Below, one piece after another: positions 54,401 to 64,000 of a stretch of DNA of 64,000 nt (positions within the stretch are counted from its first letter, which is position 1; every line of letters starts with the position of its first letter). The position numbers and the translations under genes were made by a program. Origin of the DNA: Macrostomum hystrix. Taxonomy: Eukaryota; Animalia; Platyhelminthes. Under the pieces are notes generated by a model. The model was not told the DNA's origin and made no database searches. It saw only the letters and a list, made by a program, of their open reading frames with translations. The stretch lies in assembly GCA_950097015.1 (NCBI GenBank), contig CATNEN010000003.1:6324001-6388000 (forward strand), written 5' to 3'.

Positions 54401-57400
54401 AAATCCTGCAATCCAAATCTATAAATCTTAGAATCTAAATCTATAAATCCTAGAATCTAAATCTGTAGATCATAGAATCCGCGTCCATTAATTCTAGAAA
54501 TCAAATCTATAAATCCTGGAATCCAAATCTATGAATCCTAGAATCAAAATCTAAAAATCCTAGAATCCAAATCTATAAATCCTAGAATCTAAATCTTTCG
54601 ATTCTAGAATCCGTGTCTATAAATCCTGGAATCCAAATCTATAGATCATAGAATTTTAATCTATAAATCCTAGAACCCGTGTCTATAAATCCTATAATCT
54701 AAATCTATAGATCATAGAATTTTAATCTATGAATCCTAGAACCCGTGTCTATAAATCCTATAATCTAAATCTATAAATCCTAGAATCTAAATCTATAAAT
54801 CCTAGAATATAAACTTATAGATCATAGAATCCGCGTCTATTAATTCTAGAATTCAAATCTATAAATCCTAGAATCTAAATCTATAAATCCTAGAATCTAA
54901 ATCTATAAATCCTAGAATCTAAGTCTATAGATCTTATAATCCAAATCTATAGATCTTAGAATCCGTGTCTATAAATCCTTGAATCTAAATCTATGAATCC
55001 TAGAGTTCAAATCTATGAATCATGGAATCCAAATCTATTGATCCTAAAATCCACATCCATAAACCTGTTATTCTATTCATAGTGTCCCAGAATCCTACTT
55101 AAAAATCGCAGAATCCTATTTAAACTAGTTATTTTGAAGCGCATTTGAATATAATTTCAGTTTCCATCTCCGTATTATATCTAAAGAATCAGGAATCCAA
55201 TTGTGCACTCACACACCCCGCAGTATGCCGCTAATACTGAGCATAGAGAATCACTGCAGTCTAATACAGCAGTGCCGAATGGTTGAACAGATACGATCAA
55301 CTTTGTCGGAATGGCTGCTAGATCCAACCGGATGCTCAGAGGAAGACAATCAACTGTTAGAGAATCCGCGCCAGATGACACCGAATCGTCTGCGCAGAAG
55401 AATTCTAATAAAGACTAAAAAATTGTCTACTTCAACTTCTGCTGCTGCTGCTGCTTCTGCGACAGTCGGCGATCTGGCCACGGTGCAGCTTCCGACTCCT
55501 GGAGGCGTCGGGCAGTTGACGGTGAGCTACGGCTACGTTAGCGAGGAGGACGAGAATGTGGACATACAACGCGATCGCAGTCCGAAAGTATTTAAAAAAT
55601 CTAGCCAATTATCTGCCCAGCAACAGCAGCAGCAGCAGCAGCAGTTGCAGCAGCACCAGCTGAGCGGCAGGCGTATTAAAGTCAGCCGCCAGTTGTCAGA
55701 TTTGGCAGTTCTGAGCTCGGAAAGATTCACCGATTTAGATGACTGCATCATGCTGGGCCGTGAGTTCTGGTGCTGATTTGTTTTTTCGATCCAATAAGCG
55801 GAATTCCCAGGGAAATTCATTAGGGGTGTTCCCAATGAAATCCCTTATTGTGTACTATTGGGTTATCCCCAAATGATTATTCCTAGGTAAATTCCTAGAT
55901 AGAATATTCCTAGATAATACAAAAGCTTGGTAATTCCCTGGGAAATCCATAAATTCGGGTATTCCCTGTAAAATCCCTAAATTCGGGTATTCCCTGGAAA
56001 ATCCCTAAATTCGGGTATTCCCTGTAAAATCCCTAAATTCGGGTATTCCCTGGGAAATCCCTAAATTGATACTCCATGATAATGGGTGCTCCCTGGGAAA
56101 TCTCTAAATAGTAAATCGGTGGTTTTCCCCAGATGTTTGTACTCTTGGGGAATCCCTAGATTCCCTAGGCCAATCGAGAGAATCAGTTGGCGGATATTAG
56201 TATAATACAAGATATCGCAAAGAATAATTTTTTCAGAGTCGGACTTAAACCAGCCAACGCGCCGACAATATCCAAGCCAGAATCAGCAGCAGCAGCAGCA
56301 GCATCAGCAGGTGTGGTCAATCAGCGAGTCGGCGGCATTCCGTCTGGCCCAGTCAGACATGGACGGCCTGGTTGAGCACAGTCGTCGCTGCCTAGTCCAA
56401 GTGCGGCCGAATCCTATTCGAGTGGACTCGAGCAATTTCAATCCACAGGATATGTGGAGCTGCGGCTGCCAGTTGGTCTGCCTGAACCAGCAGACGCCCG
56501 GCCTCATGACCGATTTAAATCGGGGCCAATTTTCTAAGAATGGCGGCTGCGGATTTGTGCTCAAACCGGCCGCCATGCGACAAACTTTTCCATTTCTGGC
56601 TCAGGGCGGCTGCTCAGACGCCGCTCCGCACAGTCTTCACATTCGTGTGATCAGCGGCTCTCAATTATCCAAGCCTAGAGGCTCGGTTGCCAAGGGTGAC
56701 GTCATCGATCCCTATGTTGTTGTGGAAGTATTCGGATTGCCGGCCGATTGCTGCGAGGAGAGGACAAAAACGGTGCACGGCAACGGTTATAATCCGGTGT
56801 TTGACGAGTGCTTCGAATTCCGAGTCAGCCTGCCGGAGCTGGCCTTGCTGAGGTTCGCTGTTCTGGACGACGACGCTATTGGGGACGATTTTATTGGACA
56901 GTTCACGATTCCGTTTGAGTGCATTCAGACTGGTGAGCTTTTTGGACAAAACTCCGATTTCAAAAGACGAAATATTTTTTCTTTAGTATTGTTGTTAACC
57001 ATAATGGGAAATCCTTTTTGGGATTCTCTTGATGGGGAAGCCTTTTTGGGATTCCCTTGATGGGAAATCCAATTCGTGATTTCTTTAAGAGATATCCTTT
57101 TTGGGATTCCCTAGAGGGAAATCCTTTTCGGGATACCCTATACCCTTATTGGGAATTACTTTTTGAGAATCCCTTGATAGGAAATCCTTCTTGTGAGCCT
57201 CTGATGCGAAATCCGTTTTTCGGGATTCCCTTGATAATAAATCCTATTTGTGATTCTCTTGATGCGAAATCATTTCGGTATCTCCTCGATAGAAGACCTG
57301 TGTTGGGATTCCCTTGATTGGAAAACTTTTTTGGGATTCCCCTCCTAAAAATCGTCTTCAGGATTCCATCGTGTTATTTTCGAAATTACTATGATTAAAA

Positions 57401-60400
57401 GAATCATTTTATTGCTTTTATGGCAGAAAATTTTTTTGGGATTCGTGTATTGGGAAATACACGATCCTTTATGGAGGACCTTTTGGGATTTCCTTATTGG
57501 GAAATCCTTTCGGGATTTAGCCTTGCAGGAAGCTGTTTCGCTAAAAATTATTCAGGAATTAAGATGTTCTGATCGGATTTGAAAAAGCAAAATGCTTTAG
57601 TTTTTGTTTACTTCCGTTTACAAATTCACTGATCGATTTAAACGCCATCTGAAAGCTGGAGATCTGATCTAAGCTGAAGATTTAGTCTAAAGCAGGGGTA
57701 GGCAAACTTATTAGCTGGCGGGCCAAAGAGAGAACCTAAAAGACGACAGCGGGCCGCATTGACTGTATAAATATGAGATAGAGGAGAGATGAGACACGGG
57801 AGAGATGAGACACGGGAGAGATGAGACACGGGAGAGATAAGACAGGGGAGAGATTAGACACGGGAGAGATGAGAAACAGGAGAGATTAGACACGGGAGAG
57901 ATGAGAAACAGGAGAGATTAGACACGGGAGAGATGAGACACGGGAGAGATGTGACACGGGAGAGATGAGACACGGGAGAGATGAGACACGGGAGAGATGA
58001 GACACGGGAGAGATGAGAAACAGGAGAGATTAGACACGGGAGAGATGAGACACGGGAGAGATGTGACACGGGAGAGATGAGACACGGGAGAGATGAGACA
58101 CGGGAGAGATTAGACACGGGAGAGATGAGACACGGGAGAGATGAGACACGGGAGAGATTAGACACGAGTGAGATGAAACAGGACACTGTAGATGTCAGAA
58201 GGTGCAACGGGCCGGATTTGGGAGCTTCGAGGGTCGCATCTGGCCCGCGGGCCGGAGTTTGCCGACCCCTGGTCTAAAGAAACAAAGAAAACAATGTTTA
58301 CACTAAATGCATTTGCTACAAGTTGAAGTCTGGACTTTGTTAGGATAATTCTCCCCTCTGGGGCTCAACTTTCTAGGACTTCCCGGGAGGAATAGGAATG
58401 GCTTTAGGAGGTTTTACAGTCACTTAGCTTTCAAGTCACGAATTGAAACCAGACGCACACAAAAAACTCTATCGGTGCGTAAACAAATAAATTTGCCACT
58501 CGAACTAACATCTATTTGAGATTTTTCAACTCTCTCAAGCGAAACCTCTCAGCGAAGTCACGCAAACAAAATGTGTTTAAGAGGGCCTGGAGGATTTAGA
58601 CATGTTAGGCATGTTAGACATGTTGGACCTGTTAGACATGTTAGGCATGTTAGACATGTTGGACCTGTTAGATATGTTAGACATGTTAGATATGTTAGAC
58701 ATGTTAGACATGTTGGACCTGTTAAGACATGTTAGGCATGTTAGACATGTTGGACCTGTTAGATATGTTAGACATGTTAGACATGTTGGACCTGTTAAGA
58801 CATGTTAGACCTTTAGATATGTTAGACATGTTAGACATGTTGGACCTGTTAAGACGTGTTAGACATGTTAGATATATTGGACCTGTTAAGACATGTTAGA
58901 CATGTTAGACATGTTGGACCTGTTAAGACGTGTTAGACCTGTTAGATATGTTGGACCTGTTAAGACATGTTAGACCTGCTAGATATGTTAGACATGTTAG
59001 ACATGTTGGACCTGTTAGATATGTTAGACATGTTAGACATGTTGGACCTGTTAAGACATGTTAGACCTGTTAGATATGTTAGACATGTTAGACATGTTAG
59101 ACCTGCTAGATATGTTAGACATGTTAGACATGTTGGACCTGTTAGATATGTTAGACATGTTAGACATGTTGGACCTGTTAAGACATGTTAGACCTGTTAG
59201 ATATGTTAGACATGTTAGACATGTTGGACCTGTTAGACATGTTGGACCTGTTAGACATGTTAGACATGTTAGACATTTTGGCCCTGTTAGACATATGTTA
59301 CGCACGTCAAGCAGTTATTAAGCATGTTTAGAAAAAAACTATCAGGTTGAAATATCAATATAATTTTTGCGCTATTTTTGTATATTCAGACTAAAAGCTA
59401 CCTTCATTTCCGTGTCTTCACTTAATCTAAATGATGATTTTAATATCCGATATCGATCGGTATATTTCCTGTGTTCTATTAGTTTAATACCTTCACAAGC
59501 CAACTAATGAGATTTATTCTAGCAAAATTTACTGAGGCCTTGGGTAATTTCATTGATCAGTTCTGGATTTCTGTTTATCAGTTCTGTAAGTCTGTTTATC
59601 AGTTCTGGATGTCTGTTTATCAGTACTGGATATCTTTTTGTCGTTTGTGGATGTCTGTTTACCAGTTGTGGATGTCTGTTTATCAGTTGTGGATGTCTGT
59701 TTATCAGTTGTGGGTGTCTGTTTATCAGTTGTGGATGTCTGTTTGTCGTTTGTGGATGTCTGTTTATCAGTTGTGGATGTCTGTTTACCAGTTGTGGATG
59801 TCTGTTTATCAGTTGTGGATGTCTGTTTATCAGTTGTGGATGTCTGTTTATCAGTTGTGGATATCTGTTTGTCGTTTGTGGATGTCTGTTTATCAGTTGT
59901 GGATGTCTGTTTACCAGTTGTGGATCTGTTTATCAGTTGTGGATGTCTGTTTACCAGTTGTGGATGTCTGTTTATCAGTTGTGGATATCTGTTTGTCGTT
60001 TGTGGATGTCTGTTTATCAGTTGTGGATATCTGTTTGTCGTTTGTGGATGTCTGTTTATCAGTTGTGGATGTCTGTTTATCAGTACTGGGTATCTGTTTG
60101 TCGTTTGTGGATGTCTGTTTATCAGTTGTGGATGTCTGTTTATCAGTACTGGGTATCTGTTTGTCGTTTGTGGATGTCTGTTTATCAGTTGTGGATATCT
60201 GTTTGTCGTTTGTGGATGTCTGTTTATCAGTTGTGGATGTCTGTTTATCAGTACTGGGAATCTGTTTGTCGTTTGTGGATGTCTGTTTATCAGTTGTGGA
60301 TGTCTGTTTATCAGTTGTGGATATCTGTTTATCAGTTGTGGATATCTGTTTTCAGTTGTGGATATCTGTTTATCAGTTGTGAATGTCTGTTTATCAGTTG

Positions 60401-62664
60401 TGGATGTCTATTTTCAGTTGTGGATATCTGTTTATCAGTACTGGGTATCTGTTTGTCGTTTGTGGATGTCTGTTTATCAGTTGTGGATATCTGTTTATCA
60501 GTTGTGGATATCTGTTTATCAGTTGTGGATATCTGTTTATCAGTTGTGGATGTCTGTTATCAGTTCTGTATGTCTGTTTATCAGTTCTAGATGTTTTCTT
60601 GTCAATCCAGTATCCTAATACATGTTATTTCCTTTCTCTCGATCCCTCACCCACCTGGCAAACCTCTCCGCCTAAATGTTACATCCTTGAGTTTTTCTTT
60701 CTCGTGTCTATTATGCACCAGTGAGTTGACTTTTTTCAAATTTCGTCACTTCAGCTTACTGACCAGCATGGTCTGTGCGTTTAGGTCTCCCCAATAGCAA
60801 CAAAGTTACACATTTTCTTTGCTTAAAAGAATCCCATCTTCACCCGGATGCTAATCCTTTTTGACAGATTACTATTAGTCGCTTTTCTCTCTCTCTCTCT
60901 CGTTGGTAATTAGTGGGATTTGGGATGCATTTCGTTAAATATAAGCGCGTGGCTTTTTCGAATATAATTTTTATAACTAAGAGACTCCAAGATTCTATTC
61001 TGCGATTCGAGCTGTCAAACTTGATGATTCTAGGAAAAATGCACTCTACAGTGGATTGTGTTGTTTGGATTATGGATATTGGCGAAACTTGAATGCTCAA
61101 CACTTACTCTGCTGTCATCATATTTCTTTTGTTTCTGTTTTACTTACTTGAAATACTTTAAGTAACTTAAGTACTTCAGTACTTTATTTACTTAAAATAG
61201 TAATGTCAGAATAAGTTTTTTCGAAACGGGCTCAACATTAAATTTATTTAATTTTACTTTTTTAATCGCTCAATATACTCATCTCACTACACTAGACACC
61301 CACTCTACTCCAATATACACCCACCCCACTCCACTAGACACCCACCTCGCTCCACTAGAAACCCACCCCACTCCACTAGACACCCACCCACTCGACTAGA
61401 CACCCGCCCCACTCCACTAGACACCCGCCACACTCCACTAGGCACTAACCTCACTTCACTAGGCACCCACCTCACTCCACTAGACACCCACCTCACTCCA
61501 CTAGACACCCACCTCACTCTACTAGACACCCGCCCCACTCCACTAGACATCCACCTCATTCAAATAGACACACACCTCACTCCATCGCGTACAGGCTATC
61601 GACACGTGCGCCTGTTAGACAGTGACGGCGTCCCACTGCCGGACGCTCACCTGTTCATTCACGTAGCTGTCACTAACCGCCTCGGTGGCGGCCGGCTCGG
61701 CAAGCGCAGCTTCGCTTCTAACAAAAAATCGTCCACTTCTTCTTTATCAACCGGTTCGTCTAAGACTAGGAACAGCAGCGGCGGAGGCAGCGACAGCGGA
61801 GGAGGCGGAGGCGAGGAAGGAGTCAGCGGTACGGGTCCCACAGGAAGTGGCGTGGCCAGCAGCAGCAGCGGCGGTGGAGGTGCCAGCAGCGGAGGCGGCG
61901 GCGGCTACCCTCGCCTGCGTCCGACTGGTTTCCGTGAAATCGACGACGCTTTCAAAGCAGCCCTGCCGACGCTACGCGAAGCGGCCGGACTGCGGGACAG
62001 CTTCGATCGGGCACTGTCCGGACTTCAGGACGCCTGCGGCTTGTCTCACATTGCCAATGTCAAGCAGTGCGTCAGAGTGCTGGCTTCCAGAGCTGGCACT
62101 TGCGCAGCAGCCGCCGCCGCGGCAACGGCCGGGGATTCTTCGTCGTCTTCTCCTAGTAGCCAGCAGGCGATTGGTCTGAGAATGATCTGCAAAGCCAGCT
62201 GTCCCTGCCTGGAGGCCCTAGTGCCTCTACCGGAGCCATTGAAAAAGTCGCTGGTCGCTTTTGAACAGGTTTTAATTATGTTATTATGCCCAACTACACT
62301 ACTAACAAGTAGGTTAGTAGAGAAAATGGACATCAAATTTGGATTAATTTGTTAATTTACCATTTATTCTTAGCTGGTCACGGAGAGCAAGAAGCTGATG
62401 CAGCTGGGTCCGGGAATGCGCAGTCGCCTATTGGACTGCGAGTCAACCTGTATGCAGTACTACGATGAACTGCCAACAATGTGCTCAACAGCTGGCCACA
62501 AGCCGCGCAAGGTGGCCAAAATTGCTGACAGTTTCGCTTGGAACATTCGTGTACTGCGCGGCCAGGCCGACCTGCTGGCGAGGGCGGCGGATGGAGCCCG
62601 AAGCACCATGGTGCAGGCTGAGGAAGCCGGCGAGGCCACGGGTCTGGCCATGACTGCCGTCTGA
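33153..62664 (+). CDS. PLCL1: Phospholipase C-like protein, PLCL/PRIP type (PH, EF-hands, X, Y, C2, PLCL C-terminal domain); 15 exons, about 1198 aa
   Basis: Exons: 33153-33417, 35612-35761, 44864-45079, 46091-46130, 46239-46368, 47262-47374, 49062-49128, 49223-49316, 50365-50482, 51077-51162, 52606-52726, 55224-55759, 56237-56932, 61595-62268, 62374-62664. All are GT-AG and in phase. Motifs: [83 protein letters not shown]. Probably co-orthologous to PLCL1 and PLCL2. Confidence 0.92.
33655..34192. repeat. 17-18-bp minisatellite (ccccaaatcctca[ttgg/gtga])
   Basis: Visible tandem units. Confidence 0.95.
34853..35458. repeat. 20-bp minisatellite (attcacagaatctctata[c/t]c)
   Basis: 20-bp period. 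Confidence 0.97.
35470..35560 (+). mobile_element. 3' fragment of SINE family B
   Basis: agtccacggactgaacagc..agccttctgatgcgc..gcacatctga matches the reverse complement of 20590-20672. Confidence 0.65.
35612..35761 (+). CDS. PLCL1: PLCL-like exon 2 (PH domain)
   Basis: [34 protein letters not shown]; a second in-frame acceptor would start at 35618. Confidence 0.9.
35797..35970. repeat. 18-bp minisatellite (ctccgcacaaccacctca)
   Basis: Visible tandem units. Confidence 0.92.
36550..41367. repeat. 4.8-kb 28-bp satellite (tagaatagattagcaatccagtgccatc)
   Basis: 28-bp period, roughly 170 copies. Confidence 0.98.
41870..42632. repeat. Pentamer microsatellite (tctca/tctaa)n
   Basis: Visible. Confidence 0.92.
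43110..43885. repeat. 21-bp minisatellite (gaatcctaattgggatttgaa)
   Basis: Visible; quasi-palindromic unit. Confidence 0.95.
44430..44800. repeat. 15-bp minisatellite (ccatcccatccaatt)
   Basis: Visible. Confidence 0.93.
44864..45079 (+). CDS. PLCL1: PLCL-like exon 3 (PH domain)
   Basis: [31 protein letters not shown]. Confidence 0.92.
45100..46040. repeat. 23-bp pyrimidine-rich minisatellite (tcctctcccctctgtccctgttt)
   Basis: 23-bp period. Confidence 0.95.
46091..46130 (+). CDS. PLCL1: PLCL-like exon 4
   Basis: tttcag|[12 protein letters not shown]|gtgaga. Confidence 0.8.
46239..46368 (+). CDS. PLCL1: PLCL-like exon 5 (EF-hand)
   Basis: [30 protein letters not shown]. Confidence 0.88.
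46485..47205. repeat. 16-bp minisatellite grading from cccatcccaccttgat to cccatcctactctaat
   Basis: Visible. Confidence 0.93.
47262..47374 (+). CDS. PLCL1: PLCL-like exon 6 (EF-hand)
   Basis: [20 protein letters not shown]. Confidence 0.9.
47430..48102. repeat. 24-bp minisatellite (tcattgagtttactcatcttgttc)
   Basis: 24-bp period. Confidence 0.97.
49062..49128 (+). CDS. PLCL1: PLCL-like exon 7
   Basis: [22 protein letters not shown]. Confidence 0.9.
49223..49316 (+). CDS. PLCL1: PLCL-like exon 8
   Basis: [24 protein letters not shown]. Confidence 0.9.
49325..50160. repeat. 16/9-bp minisatellite (cactgtgctcacttct)
   Basis: Visible. Confidence 0.95.
50365..50482 (+). CDS. PLCL1: PLCL-like exon 9 (start of X domain)
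   Basis: [38 protein letters not shown]. Confidence 0.93.
50615..50960. repeat. 18-bp minisatellite (cctgaaggtttctaaaga)
   Basis: Visible. Confidence 0.93.
51077..51162 (+). CDS. PLCL1: PLCL-like exon 10 (X domain)
   Basis: [28 protein letters not shown]. Confidence 0.92.
51218..52565. repeat. 18-bp C-rich minisatellite (caaatcccatccccacac)
   Basis: Visible; source of the spurious tail of ORF 51039-52580. Confidence 0.96.
52606..52726 (+). CDS. PLCL1: PLCL-like exon 11 (X domain, second catalytic His)
   Basis: [37 protein letters not shown]; tactaac branch point near 52575. Confidence 0.93.
52737..53090. repeat. 19-bp G-rich minisatellite (gtgggtatgggtttgaggt)
   Basis: 19-bp period. Confidence 0.96.
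53090..53457 (+). mobile_element. Full-length SINE family A
   Basis: A-box tggcagagtgg, B-box gctcgattcc, conserved body and (TTA)n tail; colinear with 14979-15335. Confidence 0.9.
53960..55060. repeat. 22-bp AT-rich minisatellite (tagaatctaaatctataaatcc)
   Basis: Visible. Confidence 0.93.
55224..55759 (+). CDS. PLCL1: PLCL-like exon 12 (end of X, X-Y linker, start of Y)
   Basis: [27 protein letters not shown]. Confidence 0.92.
55930..56110. repeat. ~28-bp minisatellite (aaatccctaaattcgggtattccctg..)
   Basis: Visible. Confidence 0.85.
56237..56932 (+). CDS. PLCL1: PLCL-like exon 13 (Y and C2 domains)
   Basis: [62 protein letters not shown]. Confidence 0.95.
57003..57520. repeat. Degenerate ~28-bp repeat (gggaaatccttttcgggattcccttgat)
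   Basis: Decayed tandem units. Confidence 0.75.
57693..58271. mobile_element. hAT (Charlie-like) non-autonomous element/MITE with an internal 16-bp minisatellite
   Basis: TIRs caggggtaggcaaac / gtttgccgacccctg; perfect 8-bp TSD gtctaaag at 57685-57692 and 58272-58279; gggccgc-type subterminal motifs. Confidence 0.92.
58597..59295. repeat. 9-bp-based minisatellite (catgttaga/cctgttaga/catgttgga)
   Basis: Visible. Confidence 0.93.
59555..60590. repeat. 21-bp minisatellite (gttgtggatgtctgtttatca)
   Basis: Visible. Confidence 0.95.
61285..61583. repeat. 21-bp minisatellite (cactccactagacacccacc[c/t]) running up to a splice acceptor
   Basis: Visible. Confidence 0.9.
61595..62268 (+). CDS. PLCL1: PLCL-like exon 14
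   Basis: [33 protein letters not shown]. Confidence 0.92.
62374..62664 (+). CDS. PLCL1: PLCL-like terminal exon
   Basis: [27 protein letters not shown]. Confidence 0.9.
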   Translation: MVTESKKLMQLGPGMRSRLLDCESTCMQYYDELPTMCSTAGHKPRKVAKIADSFAWNIRVLRGQADLLARAADGARSTMVQAEEAGEATGLAMTAV

Positions 62665-63160
62665 TTGGCTGGCTAATTGTTAACCGCAGTCGTCTAAATG
62701 GCTGACAAACCATAGATGAACTTGGTATAAACTGTTGTAACTAGCGATTAATGAGTGTTTTCTGATAGGCTGGCTAATTACTACTCGTATCTGTCCTTTA
62801 ATTAGATGGCAAGTTATGAATGCCTGCTGATTGGCTGGCTAATTATTACTCGTATCTGCAGTCCTCTAATTGGCTGGCGAGTTACGACAGCCTGCTGATT
62901 GGGTGGCTAATTATTTAGCTGTCCTCTAATTGGATGGTGAGTCAAGACTGCCTTCTAATTGGCTGGCGAGTTATGACTGCCTGCTGATTGGCTGGCTAAT
63001 TATTTAGCTGTCCTCTAATTGGATGGTGAGTCAAGACTGCCTTCTAATTGGCTGGCGAGTTACGACAGCCTGCTGATTGGCTGGCTAATTATTTAGCTGT
63101 CCTCTAATTGGATGGTGAGTCATGACTGCCTTCTAATTGGCTGGCGAGTTATGACTGTTG
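62650..63160. repeat. 3' UTR repeat: 89-bp higher-order unit of ~30-bp attggctggc subunits, overlapping the PLCL stop codon
   Basis: tcctctaattggatggtgagtc at 62922, 63011 and 63100. Confidence 0.85.
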
Positions 63161-64000
63161 GTGATTTGTTGGTGAACTGTAGCTACCATTTAGTTAGCAA
63201 CCAGTAATTATAGCTGTTTGACTAAAATTGATAGCCAAGCCATTTCTGCCAAGATTTCGTTTAATAAAGTTCGTCTGTTTCATATTCTTCTGCTGCTTGT
63301 TGACCAATTAACTTTTTTGATGCCTTTTTAGCTAGGTCTACTAATATATTTTGTTTATATGAGCTATTTGTCCTTCCCCTGCAATCGCCCAAGGCTAACC
63401 ATGCATGACATATTTCCACTTTGGCAAATAACGCTAATTTCCCCCTTATTATAATCCGTTTCTGACGTTCTGTTTAAAAAAAACTGACAAAACACACAGC
63501 AGAACTTTGTGTTACTTAAAGGCACAATCTTTTCTAGTTTTTTCTGCATAATCGTATAGATTCAATTTATTAGTCATAAAATTATATTTTTTATCTGACC
63601 AAAAATTAATACGCACAATTTTCCTTTTTCTTTACTACTATTAGTAGAGATTTGTAATTTGTAGGTAAATTTGTAAAATTAATTTACAAATTCTCGCGTT
63701 TATTTAATAATTTCGTTTTAACAAAAGCAGCTGCTCTTATTGCAATTTTATTCCTTGATTTACAAATTAGTCAACAGATGTCGTTGCAATTTGTCAATTT
63801 GTTATTCTATTTCACACAGAGAATGCATGAAATATTTTCTTTATGTAGATTCATTAAGAAATGACAACCATAAAATTATCTTTCTTTTACAAAGTTTCGA
63901 GCACGCTGAGCTATGAATTCCGCTACTCAAAATTCATCAATTTATAGATGTTTAGATTTATTTTGTATAGACGATGCATAATATACAATTATATTAAGTC

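Overview
Eukaryotic (metazoan) genomic DNA, very rich in minisatellites. The Ala/Gln/Gly-rich exons, dense intronic minisatellites and the neuropeptide suggest a flatworm such as Macrostomum, but this is inference only. I rebuilt three genes by hand from GT-AG sites with consistent reading phase. (1) An amidated-neuropeptide precursor with one coding exon (5232-5540, -), predicted to yield GMFRYamide, pQMFRFamide and AYMFRYamide. (2) A 13-exon LMO7/LIMCH1/Smallish-family gene (31802->14567, -; CH domain, LIM domain, C-terminal FSCV PDZ-binding motif; about 1026 aa). (3) Head-to-head with it, a 15-exon phospholipase C-like (PLCL/PRIP-type) gene (33153->62664, +; about 1198 aa). A probable terminal exon of a fourth gene lies at 281-414. 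More than 30 unrelated tandem arrays fill introns and intergenic DNA and explain nearly all long ORFs in the track. There are also two tRNA-derived SINE families (one nested in the other) and a hAT MITE with a perfect 8-bp TSD. Most notable: two mutually complementary minisatellites bracket the PLC exon carrying a catalytic His; one intronic satellite is built from CTAACAG|GTGAGTA splice signals and mimics the U1 5' end on the transcribed strand; the PLCL keeps both catalytic histidines but has an altered substrate-binding site; and the LMO7 gene has three possible C-termini that toggle the PDZ ligand.
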